A stretch of 64,000 nt of DNA, taken from Octopus vulgaris (Eukaryota). Below are positions 41,416 to 55,029 of the stretch, piece by piece. Location of the stretch: the NCBI GenBank assembly GCA_951406725.2, contig OX597823.1:73284001-73348000 (forward strand), given 5' to 3'. The position numbers and the translations under genes are program-made. How positions within the stretch are numbered: position 1 is the first letter of the stretch; each line of letters starts with the position of its first letter. Under the pieces are notes generated by a model. It saw nothing but the letters and a program-made list of their open reading frames with translations. It ran no database searches and was not told the origin of the DNA.

Positions 41416-41510
41416 TAAACGCTACGGTTACTATAGATTTACAGATGTATATCAAGTGATAGGAATATTCCCACTGTATAATAACATTCGGTAGAATATA
41501 TATATATATA

Positions 41511-41712
41511 TTCTTTTACTTTTTTTACTTGCTGGAGCACCGCGTTTTAGTCGAACAAATCGACCCTAGGATTTATTTTTTGTAAGCCTAGTACTATCGG
41601 GTTCTTTTGCCGAACTTCTAAGTTACGGAGATGTAAACACATGCAATGGGACCGAACCCGGAATCCCTGTGTTTGGAAAGTAAGCTTCTTACCACACAAC
41701 CGCTCCTGCGGC
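41511..41712 (-). mobile_element. Internally deleted SINE family B
   Basis: Head and tail blocks of 26931-27400 joined directly. Confidence 0.75.
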
Positions 41713-41714
41713 TA

Positions 41715-41827
<113 letters not shown>

Positions 41828-42983
41828 TATGTATGTATTATGTATGTATGTAATGCATGTGTCGTGTTTACATATATCTAAACTTTCTAACTTATCTTTT
41901 CAAGTAACGTGTCTCTCTCTACAATGGCTAAATAAGTGAGTATTCTAAAAACGTCAAAACTTCCCGGAAGGCTTCCCACAAGGTAAATATGCACATATCT
42001 TTCTATTGATATTTTCGATATCATTTATTAGCTTTTATATCGTACATAGAGACATGCGTTATAGCCGCAAGTAATTCGGTGGTAGTTGTAAAACACTCGC
42101 AGTGAATAAATTATTTCCTTAGACGAAATCGAAGTGCCTTTTGAAGTTGGTGTGTCTAGTTATAACATAAATCGCTTCTGGTCATTTAAAATTTTCTAAC
42201 TTAATATCTTTCCTAATAGAGCATTCAAGAGGTGTTTTTACGAGATTGTTATAACACAATTGAGCGATATGCCATGTGAGTTTCGTGGATATTTAGTTAC
42301 CATACACACACTTGAATACATACATGAAGAGCTTCACATAGTTTCTGCCAGTAAAATTCCACTCACGGTATATTATGTCAACAGAGCAGGAGACGTTTTG
42401 TCACAACCATTTTGGCACCACCTATTTGTCTTCGCTGATTCGACGTTGACTTATTTGACACCAAGCCTTCTTAATGTTTCTCTCTCGTCCTCTTTCTCTC
42501 TCTCTCTCTCTCTCTCTCACTCTTTCTCACTCTCATTCTCTATCACTCTCTCTCTCTCTCTCTCACTCTCCTCTTCCCAACTTTCTCCCTTTGTTTATAT
42601 TTGTGAGCATCTAGTCCTGAGTTTAAATCCTACAGCAGCCGACTTTGCAGCTTTCACCAGCATATAATTTTCTTGACTATCTTCCATCGAAATGTCATTG
42701 TTTTGTGCCTTTATAGGAAGTCACTATTGCGTGTAGCATCGATAATCTTTATTGACTAGATCATATGTTATGGACAAGGTTTCTGTGCAATATCGAATGG
42801 TGACACCCTTGATTACATTTACAAAATATGATCACTTAGTTCAGAGTATAAACGAGCTTGATTTCTTTGTCATCAGAAATTCTTATATTTAAATTAAATT
42901 TTTAAATAGTTATAGTAATAAGTATATCTCAGGCTTAGCTCTCTAGACGTGATATTACCTGCGATATCATTGTTGATGTTTGG

Positions 42984-43110
42984 TTGAAGAATAGGCGGGA
43001 AAACTGTATAGACACCAAATTTATTTTTGAGTTTTCATTTGCGTTTATATTGTTCGATGGAAACTCATTATCCTAACTCAACATTTAAAGACGAATTCCT
43101 GTATTGCAGA

Positions 43111-43173
<63 letters not shown>

Positions 43174-43318
43174 ACTCTCTGCTTGAAGAATAGGCGGGAA
43201 AACTGTATAGACACCAAATTTATTTTTGAGTTTTCATTTGCGTTTATATTGTTCGATGGAAACTCATTATCCGTAACTCAACATTTAAAGACGAATTCCT
43301 GTATTGCTGAACCTCTCT
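42984..43318. repeat. ~130-bp tandem duplication (period 199 bp) separated by (CT)n
   Basis: TTGAAGAATAGGCGGG...GTATTGCWGAACCT at 42984 and 43183, with two differences. Confidence 0.92.
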
Positions 43319-43433
43319 ATCTCTATCTATCTATCTATCTATCTACCTCGCTTTCTCTCTGTCTTTATATTTATCTATGTATCTATCTATCTAGCTTTCT
43401 ATCTATCTCTTCCTTCCTCTCTCTCTGTTTCTC

Positions 43434-43483
<50 letters not shown>

Positions 43484-44013
43484 GCAGAGCCAGTGATTTT
43501 AATAGAAAATCTGCCCGACCGTGGAAACCTACAGCTTTTCCTATAAGACATATGTTTCCGAAACAATGCTTTTGTGCTGTCGTAAGAAATAGTTTCTTCA
43601 GTGAATCGTTTGATATAAGAGCAGTTTCGTATTATAGCGTTTTGACATGTTTAATGTGCTGGAAGTAAACTATTAACACATCAGAGCAGATGTAGAGATG
43701 TAGTCATGTGACTTGTCATTCTAGAGAAAGTCTATACATTCTTTTATGTAATTGATTGTATATTTGACTTCTATGTTTAACAGTTGGTATTGTTCTTTTT
43801 GCTGTTGTTCAACGTCATCTCATTTCTGAACAAATAGACTTATAGTTAAATGTGTTCTAGACATAACTATTCATCTAATTTTCAGTAAATATTTCCAGGA
43901 TACATACTTCAATATGGTCTTCTTTTGAAAATGATAAGGTATTCAATAAAGGAACTTGGCTGCTATTTCTAATGATTGTAGCAACTGCACAGAGGCTCTG
44001 TTGTTAACTTATA

Positions 44014-44210
44014 TGTAGGGGTGCTGAAAAGATAATACACAAGGGTCAGTTAATTATGGTATTATTCAACATATCCCCCCTTCAGATTCACGCAATTATT
44101 GCGGTAACCTTTCAGTTTATCTAAGCCATTTAAAAGAACTCAGAAGGTCGGGTATCCAACCAGGTCTTTCGCGATACCCTTAAAGCCAGGAATTTGTCAG
44201 CAACCCCTCT
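44014..44210. mobile_element. Mariner-derived MITE (family of 2421-2632, inverted)
   Basis: GGGGTGCTGAAAAG...GATACCCTTAAAGCCAGGAATTTGTCAGCAACCCCTC. Confidence 0.75.
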
Positions 44211-44472
44211 TACGCTAAGTTTGATTCAGCCGTGAACAGTGTTTTCTGATATGTTGCAATAGTAATAAGAAATAAGCTAATTTTTGCATTCACATTATTC
44301 CAGTTAAGCATTCACCTACCAAGAAAAGAGTAACAGTGTTCCGAGAATGTCATAAACTTATATTTGTCGCTTTTTTTGTCAGATTTCAACCGTATTTCTA
44401 TATAAATAGAAATATTTATATTTACATTTATAAAATTTAGTGTATATGTCAACGTATCATCCAAACAACGAG

Positions 44473-44538
<66 letters not shown>

Positions 44539-45129
44539 GAACACACTAACTGTTTTTAGTGAAATTAATTCTATCTTTGGATTACTCCTGGCGGGAAATA
44601 TATCATGAAGTGGGAGAGAACCTTTTTTCAGACATATTTCAAAATCTTGTATATTTTGTTCTTAGATATCTTTTCCTTCTTACTTATTTTCTTTCTTTTT
44701 TCTTATATAAAGTAAAATCCTTTTTTTTTTTTCTTGTCGTTATGGTAACCACATATAGCACTATTTCAAACTTCTTGGTAATTATCAACACGCGGTAACT
44801 CTAGACACAAGTTAATTATGTTAAATTCAATCTTCTGCAAAATTACGAATTAAAATGGAAGATAGAAGACAGGAGATAGCTCACAGTTCAAAAGATATGT
44901 CTTATGTTCTTTTTTTTATCTTTTTCATTCTAATTCGTTAACTGTATAACAGTAAGAAGGGTGAAATAGTGACAGAATGTTCTTACATGGCAATTAGATA
45001 TTATCAGGGTAAGCTCAGTCTTGCAAAAAAGTCTTTTGACGTAGCTACATTTAATGTAATTGCCACGAAGTGTTCTGCAAGCCCAGTGTTGCTCTTCCAG
45101 GGTGCAGATATATTATTCTTATTCAAGGC

Positions 45130-45388
45130 CATACCTAGAATAATAATGGCTTGAAATTTTGGTACAAGACCAACAGATGTAGAGGGATGGTGTTGGTCGG
45201 TTACATCGATTCTAGTGCTTGATTGGTACTTTATTTTAACGATGCTAAATGTGCCAGTAAGAATGATAATACTCTTACGTGTGTAACAAACAAACACATG
45301 CGTACATACATGCACAAGCTCATAAATATACGTGTGTGTGTGTGTGTGCGCGCGCGCGCGTGTGTGTGTGTGTATGTGTGTGTAAAGC

Positions 45389-45427
<39 letters not shown>

Positions 45428-45650
45428 CATCAGTCTGTCTCGTATCAACAAATTTAAATGTGAATGAATTAAGGAATAATATGTTCTATCTTCAATGATA
45501 TTGCTTTCAAGTTTTGGCACAAGGCCAGAAATTTCGAGGTAGAGGAAAGGCAAAGTCAACATTGGTGGAATTTGAACTCAGGACGTAAAAATGGATGAAA
45601 TGCAGCTAAGCATTTTACCCGGCGTGCAAACGATTCTGCCAGTTCACCAA
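45130..45650 (-). mobile_element. Two partial SINE family A copies around microsatellites
   Basis: TTTTGGYACAAGRCCA tails and a GAATTTGAACTCAG...GATTCTGCCAGTTCACC head. Confidence 0.6.
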
Positions 45651-46489
45651 CGTCTTTCTTCCATAATATTGAAGCACACGCATAGCAACTTTTTATGATA
45701 TTGCATTCCTTTTGCATTGTTTCCTTTATATGGTAAAAAGCATAAACAAGGTGTGATATCGGAACGCAATTTTCCAGTTTATATATTATTTATACATTGT
45801 TGTCTGAGAAAAATGTGAGGGAGAAAAATTGTATTTGCGTATTGTATGAGATAGAGAGAACACGACAGCTGACACCTTCATTACAACTCTGAATCTTTAA
45901 GTAACTATTGTTTTGAAAGCACGGGTTTACGACCGGTGGGCATCTGATATCCAAAATCTTTCTGGATGCATCAATCTGCGTTTGTTTTGCGTCAGCGAGC
46001 AAAGTTTTGAAGATATCTGTCGAGAAATGATTTTGTTTCAAGTCAGTCAATCAAATATCGACGCTAATGTGCATACGTGTGTATTTGAGAGTGTATATGA
46101 GTGTCTATGTGCATGAGTATGCAGAGAAATCTTGAGTAACGGGAGAGAATTTTAATTAAGGTGTTTTATCTCGAACAAAGACATAATCCAGTCAGATTTT
46201 AACGTATTTATGGAAGGAATTGGAAAATCCAGTATCTCATAGTGATATACTTAGATTAATCTAAGGTTTCGGGGATTAGTGAACGTTTGGGCTTATAAAA
46301 CGAGAAACTAAATTTTCTAAAATTGTACACACACACACACACACTCACTACCATGCGCATACACTCACACACAAAATATACACACTAAAACGTTCACAAA
46401 CACACAGGCACGTATATATACTCTTAGGTTATACAAAGACAAATCTGGGGGACATACTCATAAGTATATCGGCATTTGCATTTGTGTAC

Positions 46490-46835
46490 CTACCACGAGG
46501 TTCCAGCTTCAGTTCCACAGCGTGGAATTTTGGGTGAGTGCCTTCTCCTATAGCCTCAGACCGACAAAGGTTGTACGGTTGTTTAGTAGAGGGAAACTGA
46601 ACGAAGCCTCTCTTATATATGTATATATTTATGTGTGTATGGTTATTATGTGTTTGTACCCCACCACTGCTTAACAGCCAGTGGTGGTTTGTTCACATCC
46701 CCATAACTTAGCATTTAGGCAACAGAGACCGATAGAATAAGTATCAGGTTTTAAAAGAAAGTAAGTACAACGATCGATTTATTCGTCAAAACCCTTCAAG
46801 GCCTCAGCATGGCAGCAGTCCAATTACTGAAACAT
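46490..46835 (+). mobile_element. Diverged SINE family B
   Basis: CTATAGCCTC..CCGAC, CCCCATAACTTAGC, AGAGACCGATAGAATAAGTA, CAGCATGGC..CAGTC..ACTGAAAC. Confidence 0.7.
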
Positions 46836-49506
46836 GGGGATGATAGAAGATAGAAGACATGGCTGTTATAAATGATGGAACGTTCAATACAATTTAATGC
46901 TTCCGGCAAGAACCTGTTGGACATGACGTTTTGGTAGTTGAAGATTTTGTTCGATACTGTTTGAAGTTGTTAATCAATACGTTTTACAGTATAATGGAAA
47001 CCGTACTTCGAGTAACGTGTAAAAAAATAGGAATGAATATGCGTTATAAAAATTGACTTTGATGATTCTAAATGGTCTTATAAGAAAATGTTCAGTACTG
47101 TATGTCTTTGAAGCTCATCTGGTAAGGCAGTCATCAGTAGTTTCGAGTACATATGGACGCATTTCACGATCAATTTTTGTTTCTATGTTAACAATCTTTG
47201 AAGTATGAACGCAATATAAGTGAAACTATCCCCACCCCTGCAGCAACACTTATTATTACAGATTTTAGGTTTGATTTTTACGGCAATCATCGAAAAAATG
47301 TTTTATTCCTTCATTTTCTCTTCTCTTCATCAACAGTTTCAAATTTAAAGGAAATAAATTGCTTTCTGCTTCATTCATCAATCATCTGGGCTCCACTTGC
47401 TAACCAATTAAGACAACTTTAGTCTAATAGACCGGTAAAAACGAGTGATTTTATTTCGCTAATTTTAATTCCTTTATTGTTTTTACTAAATACTAAGATG
47501 CACTGGAAAAAAAGTAATTACATCGTGTACGAAGTTTAGCCATTAGTTGATTAGAGATTTAAAATTAAACTCGATATTTTACAACTGCCAAATGATTTTA
47601 AATTCAAGAACTACAGTGTTCGGAGAATTTAATGATTTGGTTTTCACTTCGATCTGTTCAGCTTTCAATTCAACTTACAAAAAGCTATTGATAAAGACAT
47701 AAGGACAAATAAATGAATATTAGATATAAAGAGTGCAACAGAATTTTATTGTGTATCGGAAACTGAACATGATATAAATTTCTTTTGACTAGTCAGGAGG
47801 TCAAAATTTGAATGAAGAAGAGCGCGATCGAATAAGTCTCTTCCAATTATTTTTTATCTCAACCGGAAATGGAATGCAAATTCGGGACGAAGAAAGCGAA
47901 ACTAATTACTATAAAGCACAAAGAGAGAATTCTGTAGTCTTATTCGCTTTTACCATGATCATAATATACAAATACAGATATGAAGAGAAATGAATGCATA
48001 CACAAAAATGTATATGATAGTGTATCTCTTGTTGTTAACAAAGCATATAAATAGGAAGGTACAAGAGAGGTTATTCTTCCAAATGAAATTTGAAGACTAA
48101 CTTGGAATCAAGCAACCACATAATTGCTCAACTTACAATCTTACTACGTGTGTGTATGTGTGTGTGTGCTAGTAGTTTTTGTACATATATAACTATATAT
48201 GTAAATGTGAACATATATATGTGTGCAGGTATATATGTGTGTGTATGCGTATGTGGAGTAATTATGTTTGTGTGCAAGTATATATGTGTGTGCGAGCTTG
48301 CGTGTAAGTCGGTTAAGAGCCATTATGAGTGAATAAGTTTCGCTGTTTTAGAGTTTTAGAGTGGCGGATGAAATACGTTGAAATTGTTGTCTTGGCCCTC
48401 AGATTCCGTCGAGGTCACCTACCCCTTTCGTACTTTCAGAGCTAATAAAATGAGTATTAGCCTAGTGTTGATACAAGCTCCATTCTCGGGAGATAAGAAA
48501 AGTATGGTATATTCTGTGTGTATATAATTGCACAAATAGGAAAATTAAGCAATCCATTACGATGATAATCTAATTTATGACGACATTATCGAACGGCTGA
48601 ATATTCTAACAGTACGAATTACTCATTGAGTTACAGTTCGGAGTCGGAAGTAGCGGTGGATATGTAAATGCATATGTGATTGTTTCTTTGTCTTGGTAGG
48701 CTTGTGTATGAGTATATCAGTAATTTTCCGTATCTGTAGTTGTGGTGGTTGTGTAATTACTGTTTCATGGTCGGTTGGTCACCGCATCTGCTGCTGCTCC
48801 TGTTGTTGTTAGGGTTTCTCTTCACTGTGGCCTCTGGTAGTGAGACTGCTTCTGCAGTTGTTGCTAACGGTTTTAGAAGTAGTCAGGAAAGGCGACCTTG
48901 TTACTGCTGCTGTTTTACTGTTGCTGCAATTGTTAGTACTGTGGTCTCTGCTGTTTGTAGAGTAGCTATGTCTGTAGTTGTGGTGTTGGCAGCAGTGCTG
49001 CTGTTTTTCATTTGGTCTTTGTTGTTATCAAATAGCCTTCAAATTCAAATAATGTAAATAATCTAAATAATGTAAATAACGTTCCGATATGTGTGGTATT
49101 GAGTGTTGCAGCCTTCCACCGTAACCTTGCAGTTTCACTCCGCTCGGCAGTCCATTATACTCGTCCAGGTTTTCCGGTTTCACCTGTATCAAGATTTCCA
49201 ATCCTTTCCCAAACCAGTTTTCCGCACTATATTCTTTTAGATATCGAGCGGAGTATCCGGAACATCGTTTTCTAACTGGCCCCACACTGAAGTCTAATTC
49301 TGGCGAAGGGTTTTGATGTTTTAAATTTTATCACATCTAGTCTGGTAATATAGTAAGGAGTCATAGATCCTACTATCTGCACAGGGCATGTGTTTCAAAA
49401 CCAGAACTGAACTCCTGTGAGGAATCTCATTAACACGCAACTATATGCCTGATTTGAGTTACGAAATATACTTCGCTCTACGTACTATGTAAACAATTTT
49501 TCACTT

Positions 49507-49704
49507 CATTATTTGCATTTGACGATATTTGTCCTCATCTTGTTTGTTGTTATGACAACGTTTAGGCTGATATACCCTCCAGCCTTCATTAAGTGTCTTG
49601 GGGAAATTTCAAACTACTGCGCAATATGCCTACGGGCATATGGCGTAGTGGCTCAGAGCGCGGGCCACTAACCACAAGATTCTGAGTTCGATTCCAGGCC
49701 GTGA

Positions 49705-49791
<87 letters not shown>

Positions 49792-49999
49792 CAACAACAG
49801 CAGCAGCAGCAACAACAGCAACAACATCGAAAAATACTTTATGAATGATAACCCCAGGTTTGAAATTTCCCCCAGACACCTGATGAAGGCTGGAGGGTAT
49901 ATCAGCCGAAACGTTGTTTTAACAACAAACAAGATGAGGACAAATATCCGTCAAATGTAAATAATGTACATAATTCCTCATCTCTTAAATATAGAACTG
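49507..49999. mobile_element. tRNA-headed, hammerhead-bearing element (49634-49999, +) preceded by a deleted inverted copy (49507-49630, -)
   Basis: A-box TGGCGTAGTGG (49641), B-box GAGTTCGATTCC (49684), (AAT)n spacer, HHR core at 49880; 49507-49614 is the reverse complement of 49858-49966. Confidence 0.8.
49874..49920 (+). ncRNA. Minimal type I hammerhead ribozyme
   Basis: AGACAC-CTGATGA-A-GGCTG-GAGGGTATAT-CAGCC-GAAA-CGTT-GTTTT; palindromic AACGTT stem III; one mismatch in stem I. Confidence 0.65.
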
Positions 50000-51178
50000 T
50001 ATCAATTTTTCACTCGTTCGCATGCAGCATTAAAACTCTTTGGATTTTATAGGACACATACTTATATGAAGCATTTCTGCCATATAATGGTACCTGCATG
50101 TTGTGTTCAGTTGTTACTTCAGCCGATGATTTTTTTTCTTTGGCATTTCTTTAATTTCTGTCTTTGGTTTCCATCGAAACTTTCACATGGAACGATGTCA
50201 CTGTTGTAAAAGAACCAGCTTTTATAAATGTTTTGATAGAAACGTGTATTTCTGTTGTTGATGGTTATTGTTGTTGTTCTTCTTGTTGTTGCTGCTGTTG
50301 TTGTTCTTGTTGTGAAGATGGTGCTGGTGGTGGCGGTGGCAGAGATGTATCAGAAACCTCAGTGAACGCGATAATGGCGATTTCTGTGATGGCGCTATTA
50401 ATGCTGTAACTAGTGGAATGCGGAGGTGTTGTTTATGTTGTTGGTCTACTTGTCAGCAAATGTAGAATTGTTATTATAACGGCTACTGCTGTTCTTATTA
50501 CTATTTATTACTTTTTCTCGTTCTCCATGTTAGTGTTCTTGGTGGTGTTGCTGCTGGTACTGTTCTTAATTGTGATCTTGTCGACGTGGCTATTGTTATT
50601 TTTTCCTCGCGTCGTTTCTAGGCTGCGTTGATGTGATGATGACAACAGCATCGCTATCAGTTACAAGTGCAGACACTTGAACGTTAGCTGAACATCCTTA
50701 AGGAATCATTCTCATACATCCTCTGCTTCACACTTTTTTTCTTCTCTCACTGTTTTGCATTTCGTGTTCAACATTATTCTAACATCTTTTCTCTCCATCT
50801 TATTTCTTAATGAAAGAAAATTGAACTTCGTTAATTTAAGAATTTTCAACTCAAAAAACAGCCAGATTGGATTTATTCAAAAGTTGTTATTCAAAAGCAA
50901 CAACACCCGGTCGTAGCAGGCAAATTCTCAGCAAACTGGTAAAACATACAAGCAACCAAAAGAGTAAAAATCGGAAAATTTTGGCAGAATCTTATATAGC
51001 CTAAAATTAGCGTGGTTTCTCTCCCTCAATAATAATAATAATAAAATGCATGATCTACAGCTTTCTGTAGATTATGAAAAAACCGTCTCAGACAGTTGAC
51101 ATGTGATTAGAGTATGCGCAAAAACCAACCCAAATTTACAATATATACCATACGGATGATGATGATTATGATGATAGC

Positions 51179-51249
<71 letters not shown>

Positions 51250-51271
51250 CAACAACAACAACAACAATAGT

Positions 51272-51385
51272 AAATTCTCTGATGTAGTACCAGGCAGTGG
51301 CTCTCATTTATTTTTGATCTTAACTGATTGGAAGTGTTATCATATACATGATTTACCTTGGTGTAAAAGATGGGCTAATGCTGAT
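51272..51385. repeat. Partial copy of the non-coding repeat at 52856-53381
   Basis: CTGATGYAGTAC..CAGTGGCTCTCAT..ACTGATTGGAAG is shared. Confidence 0.7.
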
Positions 51386-51389
51386 ACTG

Positions 51390-52180
51390 ACAAATCCCTT
51401 ACCCATCATTGGTAAGTGCCTTCTGGCTTCACTGGTTAATTTATAAAGTCTTGGACCTGTTCCATGATAAAAACTGGTGGGAACACAAACCACCGCCTGA
51501 GCTTGGAAATGACCACATCTCACTCCTTCGGAACTTCACTGTTCAAACTGACAGAAAGACAGATGCAAATAGGCCTGACACTATATTGAAGGACTTTGGA
51601 CAAAAATCATGCCCCTTCATCGATATGACTGTCTCAATCGACATAAATTTATCTGTCAAGACCTGCCCAATACTGAGCAAGTATAAAGATATTGAAGTAG
51701 AAATTAGCAAAATGTGGAACCTGAAGACTAAAACAATACATGTTGTCATAAGTGCCCTAGGAATGATTACAAAAGTGGTTGGTTACTACCTAGTGCAGAT
51801 ACTAGAGAATGGAAGAAATCTTTTAAAAATAGTGCACATGGGAACTGCTCATATCCTACGTAATATATTGCCTTTGTAATCCCGAAAACATTTTAAATTG
51901 TAAACGGTATTAAAATATTTTTTTAAATGTCCATAATATTAGACACCTTTTATCGTCATCTTAACATCAGACAAACATCTTATAACCAAATTACTTTTAA
52001 AACGAAGTTTTGATTTGCTTATGTTTTGACAGACACTCTCTAGAACAATACTCTATGCAAAACCAAATATATGGTACCTTAATCATAACATCAACTTCAA
52101 CTTCTAAACTTGTTGTCTCTTGAGATCACTGGGTGAGACTTGGAGTCAACTTGTAGAAACACAAGGCAAAAGCCAAACAC
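51390..52180 (+). mobile_element. R4/Dong-clade non-LTR retrotransposon 3' end (restriction-like endonuclease) plus 3' UTR
   Basis: ORF 51409-51879: WWEHKP..TDRKTDANRPD..IDM..LSKYKDIEVEISKMW..VVISALG..GTAHILR; ends in (AAT)n. Confidence 0.9.
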
Positions 52181-52244
52181 ATAATAATAATATTAATAAT
52201 CATAATAATAATTATTATTATTATTGTTGTTGTTGTTTTCCTCG

Positions 52245-52672
52245 TTGTTATTAGTAGATATAAGTGTTCCCACTGATAAAAAAATATATGTCTGTAAAGT
52301 AATTTGACAAATTAAGTAAATATAAGGACCTGGAAATTGAAATACAAAAGATGTGGTATCATAAAACGAGAACTGTTCCTGTTATTGTAGATGCCGTAGG
52401 TATGATAAAAAATGGGTGTCAGAAATATCTAGATAACACCCCAGGAGAACCATGACTAAGAGAAATTCAAAAGATTGTGCTAACAAGTACTGCACACATC
52501 CCTAGAAAACCCTTTCAATTTAAATGTCTGTGTTGTATTACATGAAGATATTTCACTACTGATCTTCCTACTTACCATCCCCAAGCTTTCAGTCTTACTA
52601 TAACAGCTCTTATCCTTCACTCGCCCTAGGATGCTGGCTGTGTCTCGGCAAGTGATTGTAACAAACTTGCAG
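52245..52672 (+). mobile_element. Second, distinct R4/Dong 3' end
   Basis: LLVDISVPTDK..DKLSKYKDLEIEIQKMW..VPVIV..IQKIVLTSTAHI. Confidence 0.85.
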
Positions 52673-52855
52673 AGAAGAAGAAGAAAAAGAAAAAGAAGAA
52701 AAAGAAGAAAATGAAAAAGAAAGAAGAAAAAAGAAGAAAAGAAAAAGAAAAAAGAAGAAAAAGAAGAAGAAAAACGAGAAAAGGAAGAAGAAGAAGAAGA
52801 AGAAGAAGAAGAAGAAGAAGAAGAAGAAGAAGAAGAAGAAGAAGAAGAAGAAGAA
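52673..52855. repeat. (AAG)n / A-rich purine tract
   Basis: Direct reading. Confidence 0.95.
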
Positions 52856-53381
52856 ATGCCCTGATGCAGTACTAGATAGTGGCTCTCATGGTTTTTGGTC
52901 TTTACTGATTGGAAGCAATGTACATGTTTTGTCTTGCTACAGAAGACGGGCTACAGCAAATATTCTGCTCAGTACCACATATTTGCTTGTGAGTTGTTTG
53001 ACCTTAACCAGTTGAACATGTCTCAAATGCCTGACAACATGTGTATCTCTAATCACGAGCATGTGTTGAGAGGACGTTTTGGGGTTCGAATAATTAACCT
53101 CTGGAAACATGGGTGTTTCATTCATCATCCTTAAACAAACCTTCTTCATGGATCTTTTGAGCGGGATGGGCTACTCGACCTGAAGAAATTTGTAATTGGG
53201 CCCTATCGGCAAGGTCCTGCGCTGTTTGTCTTGAATAAGAGGTCACTATGTCGCACAGAAATGGTTGTGTTGCATTCCCTGGTGTACCCTAACCAGACGG
53301 GTAATCATGATGGGTATATTCGGCCCCGTATATTTATACCCCAGTGTCACTCTGATAGTATGTTTTGGCCTCTCACTCAAT
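52856..53381. mobile_element. Non-coding ~530-bp repeat embedded in the trinucleotide microsatellite tract
   Basis: Second partial copy at 51272-51385; ends CTCTCACTCA-AATAAT. Confidence 0.55.
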
Positions 53382-53389
53382 AATAATCA

Positions 53390-53610
53390 TTATAAGTCAA
53401 ACATAAAGGTTGCTCTTGTCACCGTAGTATTGGGTTTAATACCACCTACCTGAAGAAACATCTTGATACTTTAGAAATACTTTACAATCTTGGCGTATTG
53501 CAAAAATTGGCTTTACTTGGAACTACACGCAAACAGGATAAAGTACTGTCTGTCTGAGGTCCTTGTTTTGTCTTGACAGGCAGTACAAGACCCCGGTACA
53601 CACAATATCT
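53390..53610 (+). mobile_element. Third R4/Dong 3' end
   Basis: IKVALVTVVLGLIP..LKKHLDTL..LQKLALLGT..KVLSV*. Confidence 0.7.
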
Positions 53611-54470
53611 TCAATCTACAACACCACAATATTTGATAGTGTGCGACGTCTTCAGTAGTAGTAGTAATAGTAGTAAGTTGGGTAAGCATATTTCTAGAAA
53701 GATAATGCTACAACAGATTGGGAAAATATATGTCATGTGCGAAAATTTGAAACCAATCTCTTTATAGCAAATCCTTTGTGATGAAATAACCATTAGAAAT
53801 GCAATAAAAATATTCTAGCATCTATATTTATATAATAATACTTTAAACAAGATATAACCATTTATACGTTATACCTTCAACAAATCATGTGCGATGTGTT
53901 TGTTCTAATAACATTGCTAGAGAATGCAGGTTAACAGTTGAAATCTGTGATATTCCTTAGGGTGTTTCTCACAAAGAATGGTTTATGCATTCAACAAGAT
54001 CAATATTTATTGAATAAAAATTGTGTAATTTTTTCTATTTGATCAGGCGAGCATGAGCGCTTGTATGTAAGAGCCGAGTGGTTAAGAAATTCGCTTCGTA
54101 AGGTATTGATCTTCCTTCTAATGGATGGCACCTAGTCAAATATTTTCGAGATAGCTTCGGATCAAACCATGCCATATGAAGGGAAATGGACAGCGTAGAA
54201 TTGGGTAAAAGTCTGTTGAATAGGCTTTACTTTTAATCCTTTCTTGCCATAATCTCTAACACAGTGATTCTAGTTGTGATTTACATAAACTGTAAATCTC
54301 GCTACACAATACACCGGTTTTGAATGCATTTATACATCAGATAATGACACCTTTTGGCACGCACACACATTTATACAGCGTCTCAAACATACAGACATGC
54401 ATATGCATGTATACATAAACATACGTATACAAACACGCACTCACACAAAAATATACATATATGTATATGC

Positions 54471-54616
<146 letters not shown>

Positions 54617-54804
54617 TGGCAGGGCAAGACTGCTAGGTCTTTTTAAATTGATATTGAAATTAATATTAATTTATCTCCCTCATTATTTATATATATATAT
54701 ATATAGGTAGATAGGTAGAGTTTACGAAAAAAACAGAAGACGAAGACAGGTGCTGTACAAAACAAACAGATGTATTAGTATAACGCACAGGTATAGAAAA
54801 ATTA

Positions 54805-54838
54805 TTTTACGTTTCGAACCTACGCTCTTCTACAGAAA
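54805..54838 (-). ncRNA. Degenerate minimal hammerhead in a pLTR-like repeat (54715-54900)
   Basis: TTT-CTGTAGA-AGAGC-GTAG-GTTC-GAAA-CG-TA-AAA; one core substitution; stem II related to the motif at 13552. Confidence 0.5.
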
Positions 54839-54980
54839 GAGACACAGAAAAAACAAGAAGAGAAAAAATGTGTGTAGTGGCTAACGATCTATCATGGTGA
54901 TACATATATATATAAGAATTTTTTGCGTACTGAGATAAAAAACCAAGACTGTGTAGATATTAGAACATTTATAGATAGAA

Positions 54981-55029
54981 GTTCTTACAGCTGTTTCCAG
55001 GATATTTATTATATCCCTTCATCAGAGAC
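54981..55029 (-). ncRNA. Type I hammerhead ribozyme (PLE-type)
   Basis: GTCT-CTGATGA-A-GGGATAT-AATAA-ATATCCT-G-GAAA-CAGCTG-TA-AGA; intact core, palindromic stem III. Confidence 0.75.

Noticed and set aside
49634-49707. Functional tRNA gene (also the heads at 16567, 20012 and 36310)
   Set aside because: Acceptor and anticodon stems do not pair properly, and each continues into a repeat body: these are SINE heads.
48740-50631. Hydrophobic or Thr-rich ORFs resembling membrane or mucin proteins
   Set aside because: Derived from degenerate (GTT/GCT/ATT)n repeats; no consistent frame or splice support.
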